From Nibricoccus sp. (GTDB lineage: Bacteria; Verrucomicrobiota; Verrucomicrobiia; Opitutales; Opitutaceae), in assembly GCA_047602425.1 (NCBI GenBank), contig JASGHG010000001.1, positions 4,960,001-5,024,000 of the forward strand: a DNA stretch of 64,000 nucleotides. Reading direction: 5' to 3'. Positions 40,222 through 54,050 of the stretch are shown piece after piece. Made by a program: the position numbers and the translations under genes. Positions within the stretch are counted from its first letter, which is position 1. Every line of letters begins with the position of its first letter. Below the pieces are notes generated by a model. The model was given only the letters and a program-made list of their open reading frames with translations. It ran no database searches and was not told the origin of the DNA.

Positions 40222-41511
40222 ATGCCCTCCCTCTGGATTTCCAATGCCCGCGTAATCGACCCGGCTTCCGGCCGCGATGAAGTCGGCCACGTTTACATCA
40301 CCGATGGTAAAATCGTTCCTTCGCTTTCCGCCGCCGCCAAAAAAACCGCGAAGAAAATCGACGCCAAGGGTCTCGTCGCCTGCCCCGGGCTCGTCGATAT
40401 CCACGTCCACTTTCGCGAACCAGGCCAAACCCACAAAGAGACGATCGCCACCGGCACGCAGGCGGCCGCCGCCGGCGGTTTCACTACCGTCGTCTGCATG
40501 CCCAACACTTCGCCCGTCGCCGACACCGCGGGAACGATTCAGTACATCAACGATGCCATCCGCCGTGATGCCGTCGTGAAAGTTTTCCCCACTGGCTGCA
40601 TCACCGTCGGCATGAAAGGCCAGGCTCTCGCACCCATCGGTTCGCTCAAACGCGCCGGAGTCATCGCCATCACCGACGACGGCGATTGCGTGCAAAACAA
40701 TGAGCTCATGCGCCGTGCCGCTGAATATGCGAAAATGTTCGGCCTTTGTGTCATGGATCATTGCCAGGATTCCTCCATGACCCAGGGCGCCGTCATGAAC
40801 GAAGGCATTATGTCGCTCCGCCTGGGCCTACGCGGCTGGCCCAATGCCGCCGAAGACATCATCGTCTCGCGCAACGTCATCATCTCCACCTACACCGGCG
40901 CGCACATCCACATGCAGCACATCTCGTCAAAAAACTCCGTCGAGATTCTCCGCCGCGCCAAGGCCCGCGGCGTCAACGTCACCGCCGAAGCCACCCCGCA
41001 TCACATCGCGCTGACCGACGCCGAACTCGCCACTTACGACACGCATTTCAAGATGAACCCGCCGCTCCGAACCGAAGCGGACCGCCAGGAAATCATCGCC
41101 GGCTTGCGCGACGGCACGCTCGATTGCATCTCGACCGACCACGCCCCGCACACCGACTACGAAAAGGACAAGGAATTCGATTTCGCGCCCAACGGCATTC
41201 TCGGTCTCGAAACTTCGCTGCCCATCACGCTTCAGATCCTGATGCGCGAAAATAAATTCAAGCTTCCCCACGTCATCGACCTCATGACGCGCAAGCCCGC
41301 TAATATCGTCAAACTCTCCGCCGGCACCCTCGCCGAAGGCGCCGCTGGCGATGTCTGTTTGTTCGACCCCGATCAGGAATGGGTTTACAACGCCAAAAAA
41401 GGTTTCAGCAAATCCAGCAATTCCCCCTGGCACGGCGAAACCCTCAAGGGCCGCGTTAAAACCACCATCGTCGACGGCCGCATCGTCTACGCCGACGGTA
41501 AGATCAAGTAG
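40222..41511 (+). CDS. pyrC: Dihydroorotase
   Basis: DIHVHFREPG, CMPNT, KMNPPLR, TDHAPH. Confidence 0.96.
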   Translation: MPSLWISNARVIDPASGRDEVGHVYITDGKIVPSLSAAAKKTAKKIDAKGLVACPGLVDIHVHFREPGQTHKETIATGTQAAAAGGFTTVVCMPNTSPVADTAGTIQYINDAIRRDAVVKVFPTGCITVGMKGQALAPIGSLKRAGVIAITDDGDCVQNNELMRRAAEYAKMFGLCVMDHCQDSSMTQGAVMNEGIMSLRLGLRGWPNAAEDIIVSRNVIISTYTGAHIHMQHISSKNSVEILRRAKARGVNVTAEATPHHIALTDAELATYDTHFKMNPPLRTEADRQEIIAGLRDGTLDCISTDHAPHTDYEKDKEFDFAPNGILGLETSLPITLQILMRENKFKLPHVIDLMTRKPANIVKLSAGTLAEGAAGDVCLFDPDQEWVYNAKKGFSKSSNSPWHGETLKGRVKTTIVDGRIVYADGKIK

Positions 41512-41756
41512 TTCGCTCCGAGGTATAACGCAGCACAATCCAGGGCCGACCTTGGTCGGGCCATTTGGTGAACTATTATCAGCCGTACCAGTACCGGCTT
41601 CTTAAAAGCTCCCGCGCGTCCATTTTTCCGCCAAAGCGCCCGCCTTTACCTGAAAAGACGGCTCACGAAACCATCGAGCATCGCCTAGCTTTAGGCTGAT
41701 CGAATTCACCTCTCCTTTACGGCACCAAACGGAGGCGAGCGTGACCAAAGGGCGAT

Positions 41757-43445
41757 ATGGCCTTCATGCGTTACCTTCCTGCGCTTGCCGCGCATTCGCA
41801 CTGCCGCACGTGCTTCGGCTGCGTCCGCTTTAACTTCGCGGTTTTCGCCACCACAATTGTGTTTCTTTTTGCTGGTTGTGGAGGCGACGATGGCGGCAAT
41901 AAATCGGCCGGGGCCTCACCCTCCCCTTTGGCCAACGCTCCGGTCATCACCGCCCATCCGGCAAACCAGACGGTCACGACCGGACAGACTGCGACATTTT
42001 CGGTCACTGCGAGCGGTACCAATCTGCAATATCAGTGGCGGCGCAATGGCTCCAATATCAGCGGTGCCACAAGTTCTTCCTACCAACTTGCCACCACCAA
42101 CGTCGATAACGGCGCGACCTTCTCCGCTGTCGTCTCCAATGCCTATGGCAGCGTCGCCTCAAACCCGGCCACACTTATCGTCAATGCCACCGGGGGCCCC
42201 GACGCCGCCTTCACGCAAAACCCTGTCGATGCCACGGTCACGGTTGGCCAGATTGCGACCTTCTCCGTCGCGGTGACCGGCTCTCCCACTCCCGCCCTTA
42301 TTTGGCAGCGTTCAACGAATGGCACCACATGGACCACCATCGCGGGTGCGACCGGCACGACTTACTCGTTAACGACGCAGAAATCCGACGACAGCGCGCT
42401 CTTCCGCGCCGTCGCCACCAATATGACCAAGACCGCCACCAGCGCCGCCGCGATGCTTTTTGTTTATCCGGCCACGGGAAACCCCGATGGCCACTTCGCC
42501 GTTCCTGCGGCGGCCCGGGCCGAAGATGTTTCCACGCCCGATCGCGTCGTCGGCAACGGCACGCCCGAAAGTTGCACCGCCGAAGCCTTCATCTCTGCCG
42601 TCGCGCAAGGCGGCAAGATCACTTTCAACGGCGGAACCAAACCATTCACCATCGTCCTTACGCGCCCAGCCAAGGTATTCAACAACAAGCCCAACATCGT
42701 CATCGACGGCGGTGGACTGGTCACACTCAGCGGCGGCGGCACCACGCGTATTTTGTACATGAATACGTGCGATCCCGATCAAGTCTGGACCACCAACCAC
42801 TGTCAGGATCAGGCCACGCCGACGCTCACGGTGCAAAATCTCACCTTCATCGATGGTAATTCGATCGCCGACACGACTTACGACGGCGGCGGAGCAATCT
42901 GGGTGCGCGGCGGTCGCTTCAAGATCGTGAACTGCCGTTTCCTCGCCAACGTTTGCGCCGGCACTGGACCCGATGTTGGCGGCGCAGCGGTTCGCGTGTT
43001 CAGCCAGTACCAAAACCAGCCCGTATACGTCGTGAACAGCACCTTTGGCGGTTCGACGACCTATGCCAACATTGGCTCCAATGGCGGCGGCGTCAGCAGC
43101 ATCGGCGTCAACTGGGCGATCTACAATTGCCTCTTCTCCTACAACCGCTGCACGGGCAATGGCGCCAACCCCGCGCAACCCGGCACGCCCGGCGGTGGTA
43201 GCGGTGGCGCGATCTATATGGACGGAAATTCGCTGACGCTCTCGGTCTATGGCACGCTGATCGAAAACAACCAGGTGAACGCGCACGGCTCCGCGATTTT
43301 CTTCATTTGCAATGACCACATTGGGACACTGCACATCGAGGATTCCACGATCCGCAACAACACCGGCGGCTCCTGGTATGCCCTTCCCGGCATTTCCATG
43401 CATAGCGACACCCGACAGGAGATCATCAATTCGGTGCTGCAATAG
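41757..43445 (+). CDS. Probable lipoprotein with two Ig-like domains and a parallel beta-helix domain
   Basis: LFAG-C lipobox; two Ig repeats (QTVTTGQTATFSV...YQWRRNG); GGAIW and GGAIY repeats. Start uncertain. Confidence 0.75.
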   Translation: MAFMRYLPALAAHSHCRTCFGCVRFNFAVFATTIVFLFAGCGGDDGGNKSAGASPSPLANAPVITAHPANQTVTTGQTATFSVTASGTNLQYQWRRNGSNISGATSSSYQLATTNVDNGATFSAVVSNAYGSVASNPATLIVNATGGPDAAFTQNPVDATVTVGQIATFSVAVTGSPTPALIWQRSTNGTTWTTIAGATGTTYSLTTQKSDDSALFRAVATNMTKTATSAAAMLFVYPATGNPDGHFAVPAAARAEDVSTPDRVVGNGTPESCTAEAFISAVAQGGKITFNGGTKPFTIVLTRPAKVFNNKPNIVIDGGGLVTLSGGGTTRILYMNTCDPDQVWTTNHCQDQATPTLTVQNLTFIDGNSIADTTYDGGGAIWVRGGRFKIVNCRFLANVCAGTGPDVGGAAVRVFSQYQNQPVYVVNSTFGGSTTYANIGSNGGGVSSIGVNWAIYNCLFSYNRCTGNGANPAQPGTPGGGSGGAIYMDGNSLTLSVYGTLIENNQVNAHGSAIFFICNDHIGTLHIEDSTIRNNTGGSWYALPGISMHSDTRQEIINSVLQ

Positions 43446-43497
43446 CGAGTAACCGCGATACTCGACACCTAAGCCAGCAGTGCTCGACGATCGCGTA

Positions 43498-43667
43498 CTA
43501 GAGCGTTTCTAAAAATGTCATAGCCGCACAACTCCGGCTGTAGGGGCGCAGTCTTGCTGCGCCCGGTTTGGCTTTGCCACAGAAAGGGCGCAGCAAGACT
43601 GCGCCCTTACGAAGACAGCTCGGCTCATAACCGATTTACGGCTATAGTTTTATTGTATGTGCTCTAG
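43498..43667. mobile_element. MITE-like 170-bp element with CTAG ends enclosing a REP pair
   Basis: CTAGAGC-N15-ATAGCCG at the left end and its inverse at the right end, with identical spacing. Confidence 0.55.
43540..43610. repeat. GTAG-type REP doublet (REPIN)
   Basis: GTAGGGGCGCAGTCTTGCTGCGCCC and the inverted copy GGGCGCAGCAAGACTGCGCCCTTAC. Confidence 0.85.
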
Positions 43668-43805
43668 CGATTTGTTTTTGTTCGTTAGCGTCAAAGCTCC
43701 GAGCGGAGTCGCACGTATGCTTCGCGAGGCGCAGCAGGAATAAAAATAGGGCGCGGAAGTAAAGGTGGCGTTCGGCCCCTAACATTTCCTCTCTGCAATT
43801 CCGAT

Positions 43806-43872
43806 GGAGGGCGACGCACTGTCGTCGCCGGTTCGAATCGGTAGGCACGGCGACGACAGCGCGTCGCCCTCC
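43806..43872. repeat. GGAG-type REP doublet
   Basis: GGAGGGCGACGCACTGTCGTCGCCG and inverted CGGCGACGACAGCGCGTCGCCCTCC; a related single copy lies at 52001. Confidence 0.85.
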
Positions 43873-43925
43873 ACCTATTGAAATCCCAGCGGATTGACTT
43901 GCCGTATACGTCCCCCCAATCCGGA

Positions 43926-43953
43926 CGGCTCCGCGGGGATGCCTCGCCCTACC
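43926..43953 (-). repeat. Degenerate GTAG-type REP, single copy
   Basis: Minus strand reads GGTAGGGCGAGGCATCCCCGCGGAGCCG. Confidence 0.45.
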
Positions 43954-43980
43954 GGGCAAATTGAACCTGATTTATCGCGC

Positions 43981-47946
<3,966 letters not shown>

Positions 47947-48253
47947 GGGGTAGACCGTTGCTATATCGGACTGACAACCAAATTTTTAAGAACTCCTTCG
48001 CGGGAAGATTGACGAACCTTTCTTTGAGCAGCAAGTCGGAAGCCAAATTCGCGACAAATCTCCCGCTTTCAATCAGACCAGCTTCCTTCTCGACCGCGAA
48101 TGCCGCCACGGATTTGCAATTACCGAACCAACCCGCCCGACACCGAAGTTATCTGCTCAACGAAAACGTTCCTGGCCAGCTTAAACGTCGTTCCCGACAT
48201 AGCGCGTTACGTATTTTCGCGTGATCCAAACCTCCCGGAACGCACCAAAGCCC

Positions 48254-48871
48254 TTACTCGTCGAGTTCCACGTTCCAGTACGCCAGATCGAGAAAATCCT
48301 TCCACATTTCGCGGTGTTGCGTGCCCAGCACGAGACTGATCACCGGCCGCCATTTCGGTCGAACCGGTTTGCGGATCAAACGCATTCCGGCCTCGTGCGG
48401 CAGACGGTTGGCCTTTTTCGTATTACACTTCACGCAGGAACAAACGATATTTTCCCACGTCGTGCGCCCGCCATCGTGGCGCGGAATAACGTGATCGAGG
48501 TTCAACTCCTCGCGGGGATAAACCCGCGCACAGTATTGGCACTGGTTTTTATCGCGCTCGAAGACGTTGTTGCGCGTCAGCTTCAATTCCTTGCAGGGCA
48601 ACTTGTCGAAAAACGAGAGCAGAATCACCCGCGGCAAACGGATCGTGCGCGTCGGCGTATGCACGGTTTCGACGGCGGTGATGGGCGGATTGCTTTGTGA
48701 AAAATCGATCCAGTCCATCATCGAGAAGACACGAAAATCCTCATCGTGATGATGAACGACATGGGCATGGCCACGCGCGAGTAAACCAAAGGCGCGTTTC
48801 GCGCCGATGACGTTCACCGCCTGCCAAAGGCGGTTTAAGACGAGCACCGGTTGATCGAGAGCTGCATCCAT
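48254..48871 (-). CDS. HNH endonuclease (McrA-like)
   Basis: VLVLNRLW N-terminus; RDKNQCQYC, LDHVIPR...GG...WENIVCSCVKCN. Confidence 0.9.
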   Translation of the reverse strand: MDAALDQPVLVLNRLWQAVNVIGAKRAFGLLARGHAHVVHHHDEDFRVFSMMDWIDFSQSNPPITAVETVHTPTRTIRLPRVILLSFFDKLPCKELKLTRNNVFERDKNQCQYCARVYPREELNLDHVIPRHDGGRTTWENIVCSCVKCNTKKANRLPHEAGMRLIRKPVRPKWRPVISLVLGTQHREMWKDFLDLAYWNVELDE

Positions 48872-49103
48872 GACGGGTTCCCTGCGTAAAGTCGCACCTC
48901 GCAACTGTCAAGCTGCGCAATGCAATAAACGTGCAACGCGGGTCTGGCGCAAGTGCGCTTCCACAACCGCCCTCGACCACATTTGGTGCGCAAATCTCCA
49001 CTGTAAAAAATCTCCAGCTTTCGCTGCCAATCGCTCACTTGCACATTTATTTCCACGAAGAACTTGTCCGTATCCACAATTTGGGCACATTGGCCCCGTT
49101 CTT

Positions 49104-49258
49104 TCGCCGAAGTCGCTGCTCCTTCCTGAGCAGTGACACGGGGGACCCAACATCCCAGGCCTAAAAAACCGGGGACGGGGCGCACGGAACGGGTAACCGT
49201 TGCCGGGGGCACTTCCAAGCCCAAGCCCGACAGCTAACCTCGCAGGCATTTGGAAGGG
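49104..49258 (+). ncRNA. c-di-AMP (ydaO/yuaA class) riboswitch
   Basis: GCCGAA, a hairpin, CGGGGGACCCA, GGGGCGCAC, GGGC-loop-GCCC, then CCCGACAGCTAACCTCGCAGGC. Loop CTTCCAA can pair with downstream TTGGAAG (pseudoknot). A KimA-like gene lies downstream. Confidence 0.85.
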
Positions 49259-49472
49259 TGATCCACTGGGTCCGTCGAGTGACGGCGCCCAAGGTCTCCC
49301 CAGTTCAACCGCGCATGCTCGCGGAGATGGGAAACCGCCTCCGCCGCAGACGTAAAATTCGGAGACTTCAATCCATGACATCGACGTGCCCAACGTCCTT
49401 CCGTGTCGCGAACCCGTTCGCGCACCTTCTACGCGTGCAGATAACCACCGGCCATCCACAAACCGCACGCTC

Positions 49473-49903
49473 ATGAAAATCTACCAACACACCCAGTCTG
49501 GCCGACAAATTGCCGTGTCCATGATCAGCATGGCCGTGATCGGAACCTTCGTAGCCGCACGTTTCCCCCACCCTGCCCTCTTCGTCACGGTGCCGATCTT
49601 GCTCCTCAATGCATGGCTCTTCAGTTCGCTCACCATCGCCATCGCGGACGGCGAACTGCGCTGGCACTTCGGCCCCGGATTGTTTCGGAAAAAATCATGC
49701 TGGCCGACATCACCTCAGTGAAAGCCATCCAGACTTCGTTTCTCGATGGCTGGGGCATTCATTTCACCCGCCATGGTTGGCTCTATAATATCGCCGGTCG
49801 CGATGCCGTCGCGTTCACGCTGAAAAACGGCAAACGCCTCGCGCTCGGTTCCGACGAAGCGGAAAATCTCGCCGCGCAAATCGCGTCGTCGCTCCGCAAC
49901 TAA
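49473..49903 (+). pseudogene. Small membrane protein with a frameshift in an A6 run (or a sequencing error)
   Basis: MKIYQHTQ...WHFGPGLFRKK continues in another frame as IMLADITSV...GWGIHFTRHGWLYNIAG; one extra A at 49689-49694 would join the frames. Confidence 0.7.
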
Positions 49904-49972
49904 TCCGTCCACGCAAAATTTAACCGCCTTCCCGGCCGCGTGCTCACACGGACCGCCTGGCTTATATCATCT

Positions 49973-51976
49973 ATGTCGCTCAAGACTCTTCTGGTCGGCA
50001 AAGCGCGTTCGCTCGCCGATCGCGATCTTTTCCACAAAGTCTCGCTCGTCGCCATCTTCGCCTGGGTCGGCCTTGGCGCGGACGGTCTTTCGTCTTCCTG
50101 CTACGGTCCGGAGGAAACCTTCAAGATCCTCGGTGCCACGCCGCATCTCGCGCTCTTCGTCGCGCTCGCGTCGATCACCACGATCGTCGCGATCTGCGCG
50201 AGCTACTCGCAGATCATCTCACTTTTTCCTTCGGGCGGCGGCGGCTATCTCGTCGCGAGCAAACTGCTCTCGCCCACCGCGGGCGTGGTTTCCGGCAGCG
50301 CGCTTCTGATCGACTACGTGCTCACCATCACTACGTCGGTCGCCGGCGGCGCGGACGCGCTTTTCAGTCTGCCGGCGTTTCACGACTGCCAGACCTGGAA
50401 ACTTCCTTTCGCGCTCGCCAGCGTCGGCGCCCTCACGCTCGTGAATCTGCGCGGCGTGAAGGAATCAGTTCTCCTCTGGGTTCCCGTCTTTTTCCTGTTC
50501 GTCGGCACGCACGCCTTTGTGATTTTTTACGCACTCGCGACCCACGCGTCGACTCTGCCCGCCGTCGCGCAGGCAACGGTGCACGAGGTCCACACCGCGA
50601 GCGCTCAGCTCGGCTGGTTCGGCCTGCTCGCGTTGCTCATGAAAGCCTACAGCATGGGCGCGGGCAGCTACACCGGCATCGAAGCGGTTAGCAACGGACT
50701 CCCCATTCTCCGCGAACCGCGCGCACAAACAGGTCGGCGCACGATGGTCTACATGGGCGTTTCACTGGCCCTCACGGTGGCCGGTTTGCTCATGGCGTAT
50801 CTGCTTTTCGCCGTCGCGCCGCAGGACGGAAAAACGCTGAATGCGGTATTGTTTGAAACGATGACGCGAGGCTGGGACGCAGCCACGGGTTCGACCTTCG
50901 TGTGGGTCACGCTCGCCTCCGAAGCGGTGCTGCTGCTGATCGCGGCGCAAGCCGGTTTTCTCGACGGACCGCGCGTGCTCGCGAACATGGCGCTCGACCG
51001 TTGGTTCCCCACGCGCTTCGCAAATCTCAGCGACCGCTTCGTCACACAAAACGGCATTCTTCTCATGGGCGGCGCGGCCTTCGTCATGATGGCGATCACG
51101 CGTGGTTCGATCGGTCTGCTGCTCGTGCTCTACTCGATCAACGTCTTCATCACGTTTTCCCTTTCGCAACTCGGCATGGTTAGGCACTGGTGGAAGGAAC
51201 GCGCCACCGCACCTTCGTGGAGATCCAAACTCGCGATCAACGGCTTCGGCCTCGCGCTCACGACCTTCATCCTCATTTCGCTCACCGCCGTAAAATTCTT
51301 CGAGGGCGGCTGGGCCACGCTGATCGTCACCGGCCTGCTCGTCGCCGCCGCCTTCGGCATCAAACGCCACTACCGCAACGTCGGAGAATCGCTGCGCCGT
51401 CTCGATGCGATCGTCGAGGCCGCCGATCTGTCGATCGCCAATCGTACTCCGGCCGAAACCCCGCTCGACCCCCAAGCCCGCACCGCCGTCATTCTCGTCA
51501 ACGGTTACAACGGGCTAGGCCTGCACACCTTGCTGCATGTGCCGCGGCTGTTCGGCAACACGTTCAGGAATTTTGTCTTCCTACAAGTTGGTTCGGTCGA
51601 CGCCGGCAATTTCAAAGGCGCCGACGAAATCGAACACCTGCGCTCGCACACCACGGCCCAGGCCGAGCGCTACGCCACTTGGGCGCGAGCCCACGGCTAC
51701 GGCGCCGCCACATTCACCGCCGTCGGCAATGACGTCATCGGTGAAGCGATGAAACTCGCGGAGCAAGCCGCAGAACAATTCCCCAACCGCATCTTCTTCG
51801 CCGGCCAGCTGCTCTTCGCCCGCGAAACCCGCTTCACCCGCTGGCTCCACAACCACACCGTCTTCACCCTGCAGCGCCGTTTCTTCCTCGCGAACCTGCC
51901 CTTCGTCATTCTGCCCGTGCGGCTGGAGCCCCGGCCTGTTCCGAATACAACCGAGCCACCCGCACTCATGGCCTAG
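49973..51976 (+). CDS. APC-superfamily permease, KimA/YdaO-like (probable K+ importer)
   Basis: GADGLSSSCYGPEE, SYSQII...GGGGY, LLIDYVLT, NLRGVKES, TGIEAVSNG; about 12 TM plus a cytoplasmic tail. Confidence 0.8.
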   Translation: MSLKTLLVGKARSLADRDLFHKVSLVAIFAWVGLGADGLSSSCYGPEETFKILGATPHLALFVALASITTIVAICASYSQIISLFPSGGGGYLVASKLLSPTAGVVSGSALLIDYVLTITTSVAGGADALFSLPAFHDCQTWKLPFALASVGALTLVNLRGVKESVLLWVPVFFLFVGTHAFVIFYALATHASTLPAVAQATVHEVHTASAQLGWFGLLALLMKAYSMGAGSYTGIEAVSNGLPILREPRAQTGRRTMVYMGVSLALTVAGLLMAYLLFAVAPQDGKTLNAVLFETMTRGWDAATGSTFVWVTLASEAVLLLIAAQAGFLDGPRVLANMALDRWFPTRFANLSDRFVTQNGILLMGGAAFVMMAITRGSIGLLLVLYSINVFITFSLSQLGMVRHWWKERATAPSWRSKLAINGFGLALTTFILISLTAVKFFEGGWATLIVTGLLVAAAFGIKRHYRNVGESLRRLDAIVEAADLSIANRTPAETPLDPQARTAVILVNGYNGLGLHTLLHVPRLFGNTFRNFVFLQVGSVDAGNFKGADEIEHLRSHTTAQAERYATWARAHGYGAATFTAVGNDVIGEAMKLAEQAAEQFPNRIFFAGQLLFARETRFTRWLHNHTVFTLQRRFFLANLPFVILPVRLEPRPVPNTTEPPALMA

Positions 51977-52000
51977 CGCTATTCCCTTGGCTCTTCCGAT

Positions 52001-52025
52001 GGAGGGCGACGCGCCGTTGTCGCCG
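52001..52025 (+). repeat. Single GGAG-type REP
   Basis: TTCCGATGGAGGGCGACGC is shared with 43799-43817. Confidence 0.7.
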
Positions 52026-52036
52026 TCCGCGACTCG

Positions 52037-52636
52037 TCATCGGCCGAAGAGGCTACTCGCGCTGTTATTGCCCGATGAGGACTTCTGAGCAGAGCCAGAG
52101 CTTGCCGGATTACTGGCGCCGTCTGTCTGAGTAAGACTCGGATACGTCAGCCATGATTGCACTTCCTTGGTCGAGCCTTTGCTTCGCGTAGTGAACCGAA
52201 CCAGCAAGCTGCCGCTACTATCCTTGGAAAATTCCGTTTTCGTAATGCCTTCGGACGTTTTGCCTTCGTGAAACATCGTCCAGGTTCTCTCCAAATAAAA
52301 CTTATCGGATGCACGGGCGTCTGTGTTCACCGCAACATCGCCTTCGGCCACCACACGACTGGCTGAGTCGAAAGCAGTGACGCGCCACAAGTTGTTTCGG
52401 GCGACGATGTCGATTCTGTCCACCGTGCCCTGGATTTTTGCTTTTTGAAAAGACTCATCACCCAGCAACACCCCGCCTAGACCTTGAGCGACGAGCGGGT
52501 ATTCAGAAAACGAACCAGGCTTACCGCTATAAGATCCCGATATAACGCCAGTATCCGCGTTCTTGTCGGCAGCTTGAGCCAGCGCTGCACCCAAGAACAA
52601 CAAAGCGAAGAGTCCTCTGAAAATTCGACGCTGCAT
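52037..52636 (-). CDS. Secreted hypothetical protein
   Basis: Signal peptide MQRRIFRGLFALLFLGAALAQA; beta-rich body; Ser-rich tail. Confidence 0.7.
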   Translation of the reverse strand: MQRRIFRGLFALLFLGAALAQAADKNADTGVISGSYSGKPGSFSEYPLVAQGLGGVLLGDESFQKAKIQGTVDRIDIVARNNLWRVTAFDSASRVVAEGDVAVNTDARASDKFYLERTWTMFHEGKTSEGITKTEFSKDSSGSLLVRFTTRSKGSTKEVQSWLTYPSLTQTDGASNPASSGSAQKSSSGNNSASSLFGR

Positions 52637-53249
52637 AGCTCAAATCATGCAAAGGTTGCACCCAAGGTCAAACGTCCACATCCGCCCGATTATACTGCAA
52701 AACATCGGTTCGCCTCGCCAATCGTCGCGACGCGTTTGATGCCGTTGGTGGCTTCCCCAGCGACTGTTACATTTTCGAAGAAGCCGATTTCGCGAAGAAT
52801 TTGACGACAAAGGGTAATCAAACGCGGTCAAAAGTTCATCGCACACCATCACCATCCTTTTTCCGCGTTGGGAAGAAAGGGAGCGAAAAATGGATTCTGA
52901 TCTTGGCTCAAAACCGCAGTTCGGTTCTGGCTCGCCCCTCGTCACTTCTCCCGCGACAGAGCCTGCGCGGAAAATGGTGTAGCTCGAAACGTTGAACATC
53001 TGAAGTTTGTCCAAAGCCAACGCGCTCACAAAGCCAAAGTTGGACCAATAGCTATGTGATTCTGACTATCTGTCCATTCCATGATTGCCGTCGGGGCTCT
53101 TACTCTCCTGTCTTGTCGTTCCAGCCATGATAACTCCGGAGGAGCACATGCACGAAATACCCCTTCACCTTTTTCCGTTCCTGCTCTATGCCTGATGCAT
53201 TGGCCCCGCGCACTTCCGACTATAACCACTATTAAGAAGATCCGTCCTC

Positions 53250-54038
53250 ATGAATGATCTAGAAATCAAACGTAATCGCATCGAGAAGATCGTCAAAATC
53301 CTATCGCTCCTCGTCGTCGGGTTTTTCGTCGCTCCCGTCGTGTTTATCGCCATCAAGGGGCTTGTAGGTTTGATCGTCGCTGCCGCGGTTTCCCTCGTCG
53401 TGGTCAACCTTATCCCTTGGTTTTCCGCTATAGTGGCGAACTGGCGACTGAAGGCACTGAAACACGAAGCGGCAAAGAATCCAATCGAAACGCTGCAAAA
53501 TGACTATCGCAAGCGCATCGAAGCGCTTCAGGCATTTCGACAATCAATCCTAAATTCGAAGGCTGAAGTCGCCTCGTTCAGGGACAAGTTGGATGGCTTT
53601 AAAAAACAATATCCGGCAGATGCCGCCAAGTTTGACGAGCAATACCACCAGATGCTCGCGCTCCTTAAGCTACGCGGAAAAAAATATGAGGAAGCCAAAG
53701 GCAACCTCGAACGATACGACGGTGAGATCACCCGCGCCAAAGCAATCTGGGATATGGCTCAAGCCGCCGCTGCAATGAATAAGGCCGCTGGTGTCGACGC
53801 TGACGAGTTCTTCGCCAAGATTCAGGTCGAGACGGCACTGGATAGTGTGCAAAAGAATCTCAATTTGGCTTTCGCCGATTTGGAAATGAGTCTCGTAGAC
53901 GAAAAAAGCCCTGCCGGCACAAACGCTATTCCAGTCCAACCTGTCGTTGAAGCGCCCAAAACACTCGCAGATGAAAAAGCTTCACTCGATCTTGATATTG
54001 AGGTCGTCGACCCGGCGTCTCGTCCGCGCAAACTCTAA
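53250..54038 (+). CDS. Membrane-anchored coiled-coil protein, tentatively PspA/IM30-like
   Basis: Two N-terminal TM helices, then NPIETLQ and a long amphipathic helical hairpin; acidic tail. Confidence 0.7.
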   Translation: MNDLEIKRNRIEKIVKILSLLVVGFFVAPVVFIAIKGLVGLIVAAAVSLVVVNLIPWFSAIVANWRLKALKHEAAKNPIETLQNDYRKRIEALQAFRQSILNSKAEVASFRDKLDGFKKQYPADAAKFDEQYHQMLALLKLRGKKYEEAKGNLERYDGEITRAKAIWDMAQAAAAMNKAAGVDADEFFAKIQVETALDSVQKNLNLAFADLEMSLVDEKSPAGTNAIPVQPVVEAPKTLADEKASLDLDIEVVDPASRPRKL

Positions 54039-54050
54039 TTTCACCCACCG

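Noticed and set aside
41600..41756. Possible riboswitch upstream of the Ig/beta-helix gene
   Set aside because: Some pairing potential, but no recognisable aptamer consensus.
43498..43953. Possible CRISPR array
   Set aside because: The repeats are inverted doublets of different families, not regularly spaced direct repeats; no cas genes.
48254..49260. HNH nuclease plus adjacent structured RNA as an IscB/OMEGA-type RNA-guided system
   Set aside because: The HNH protein is short, with no PLMP or RuvC motifs; the RNA is divergent and matches a c-di-AMP riboswitch.
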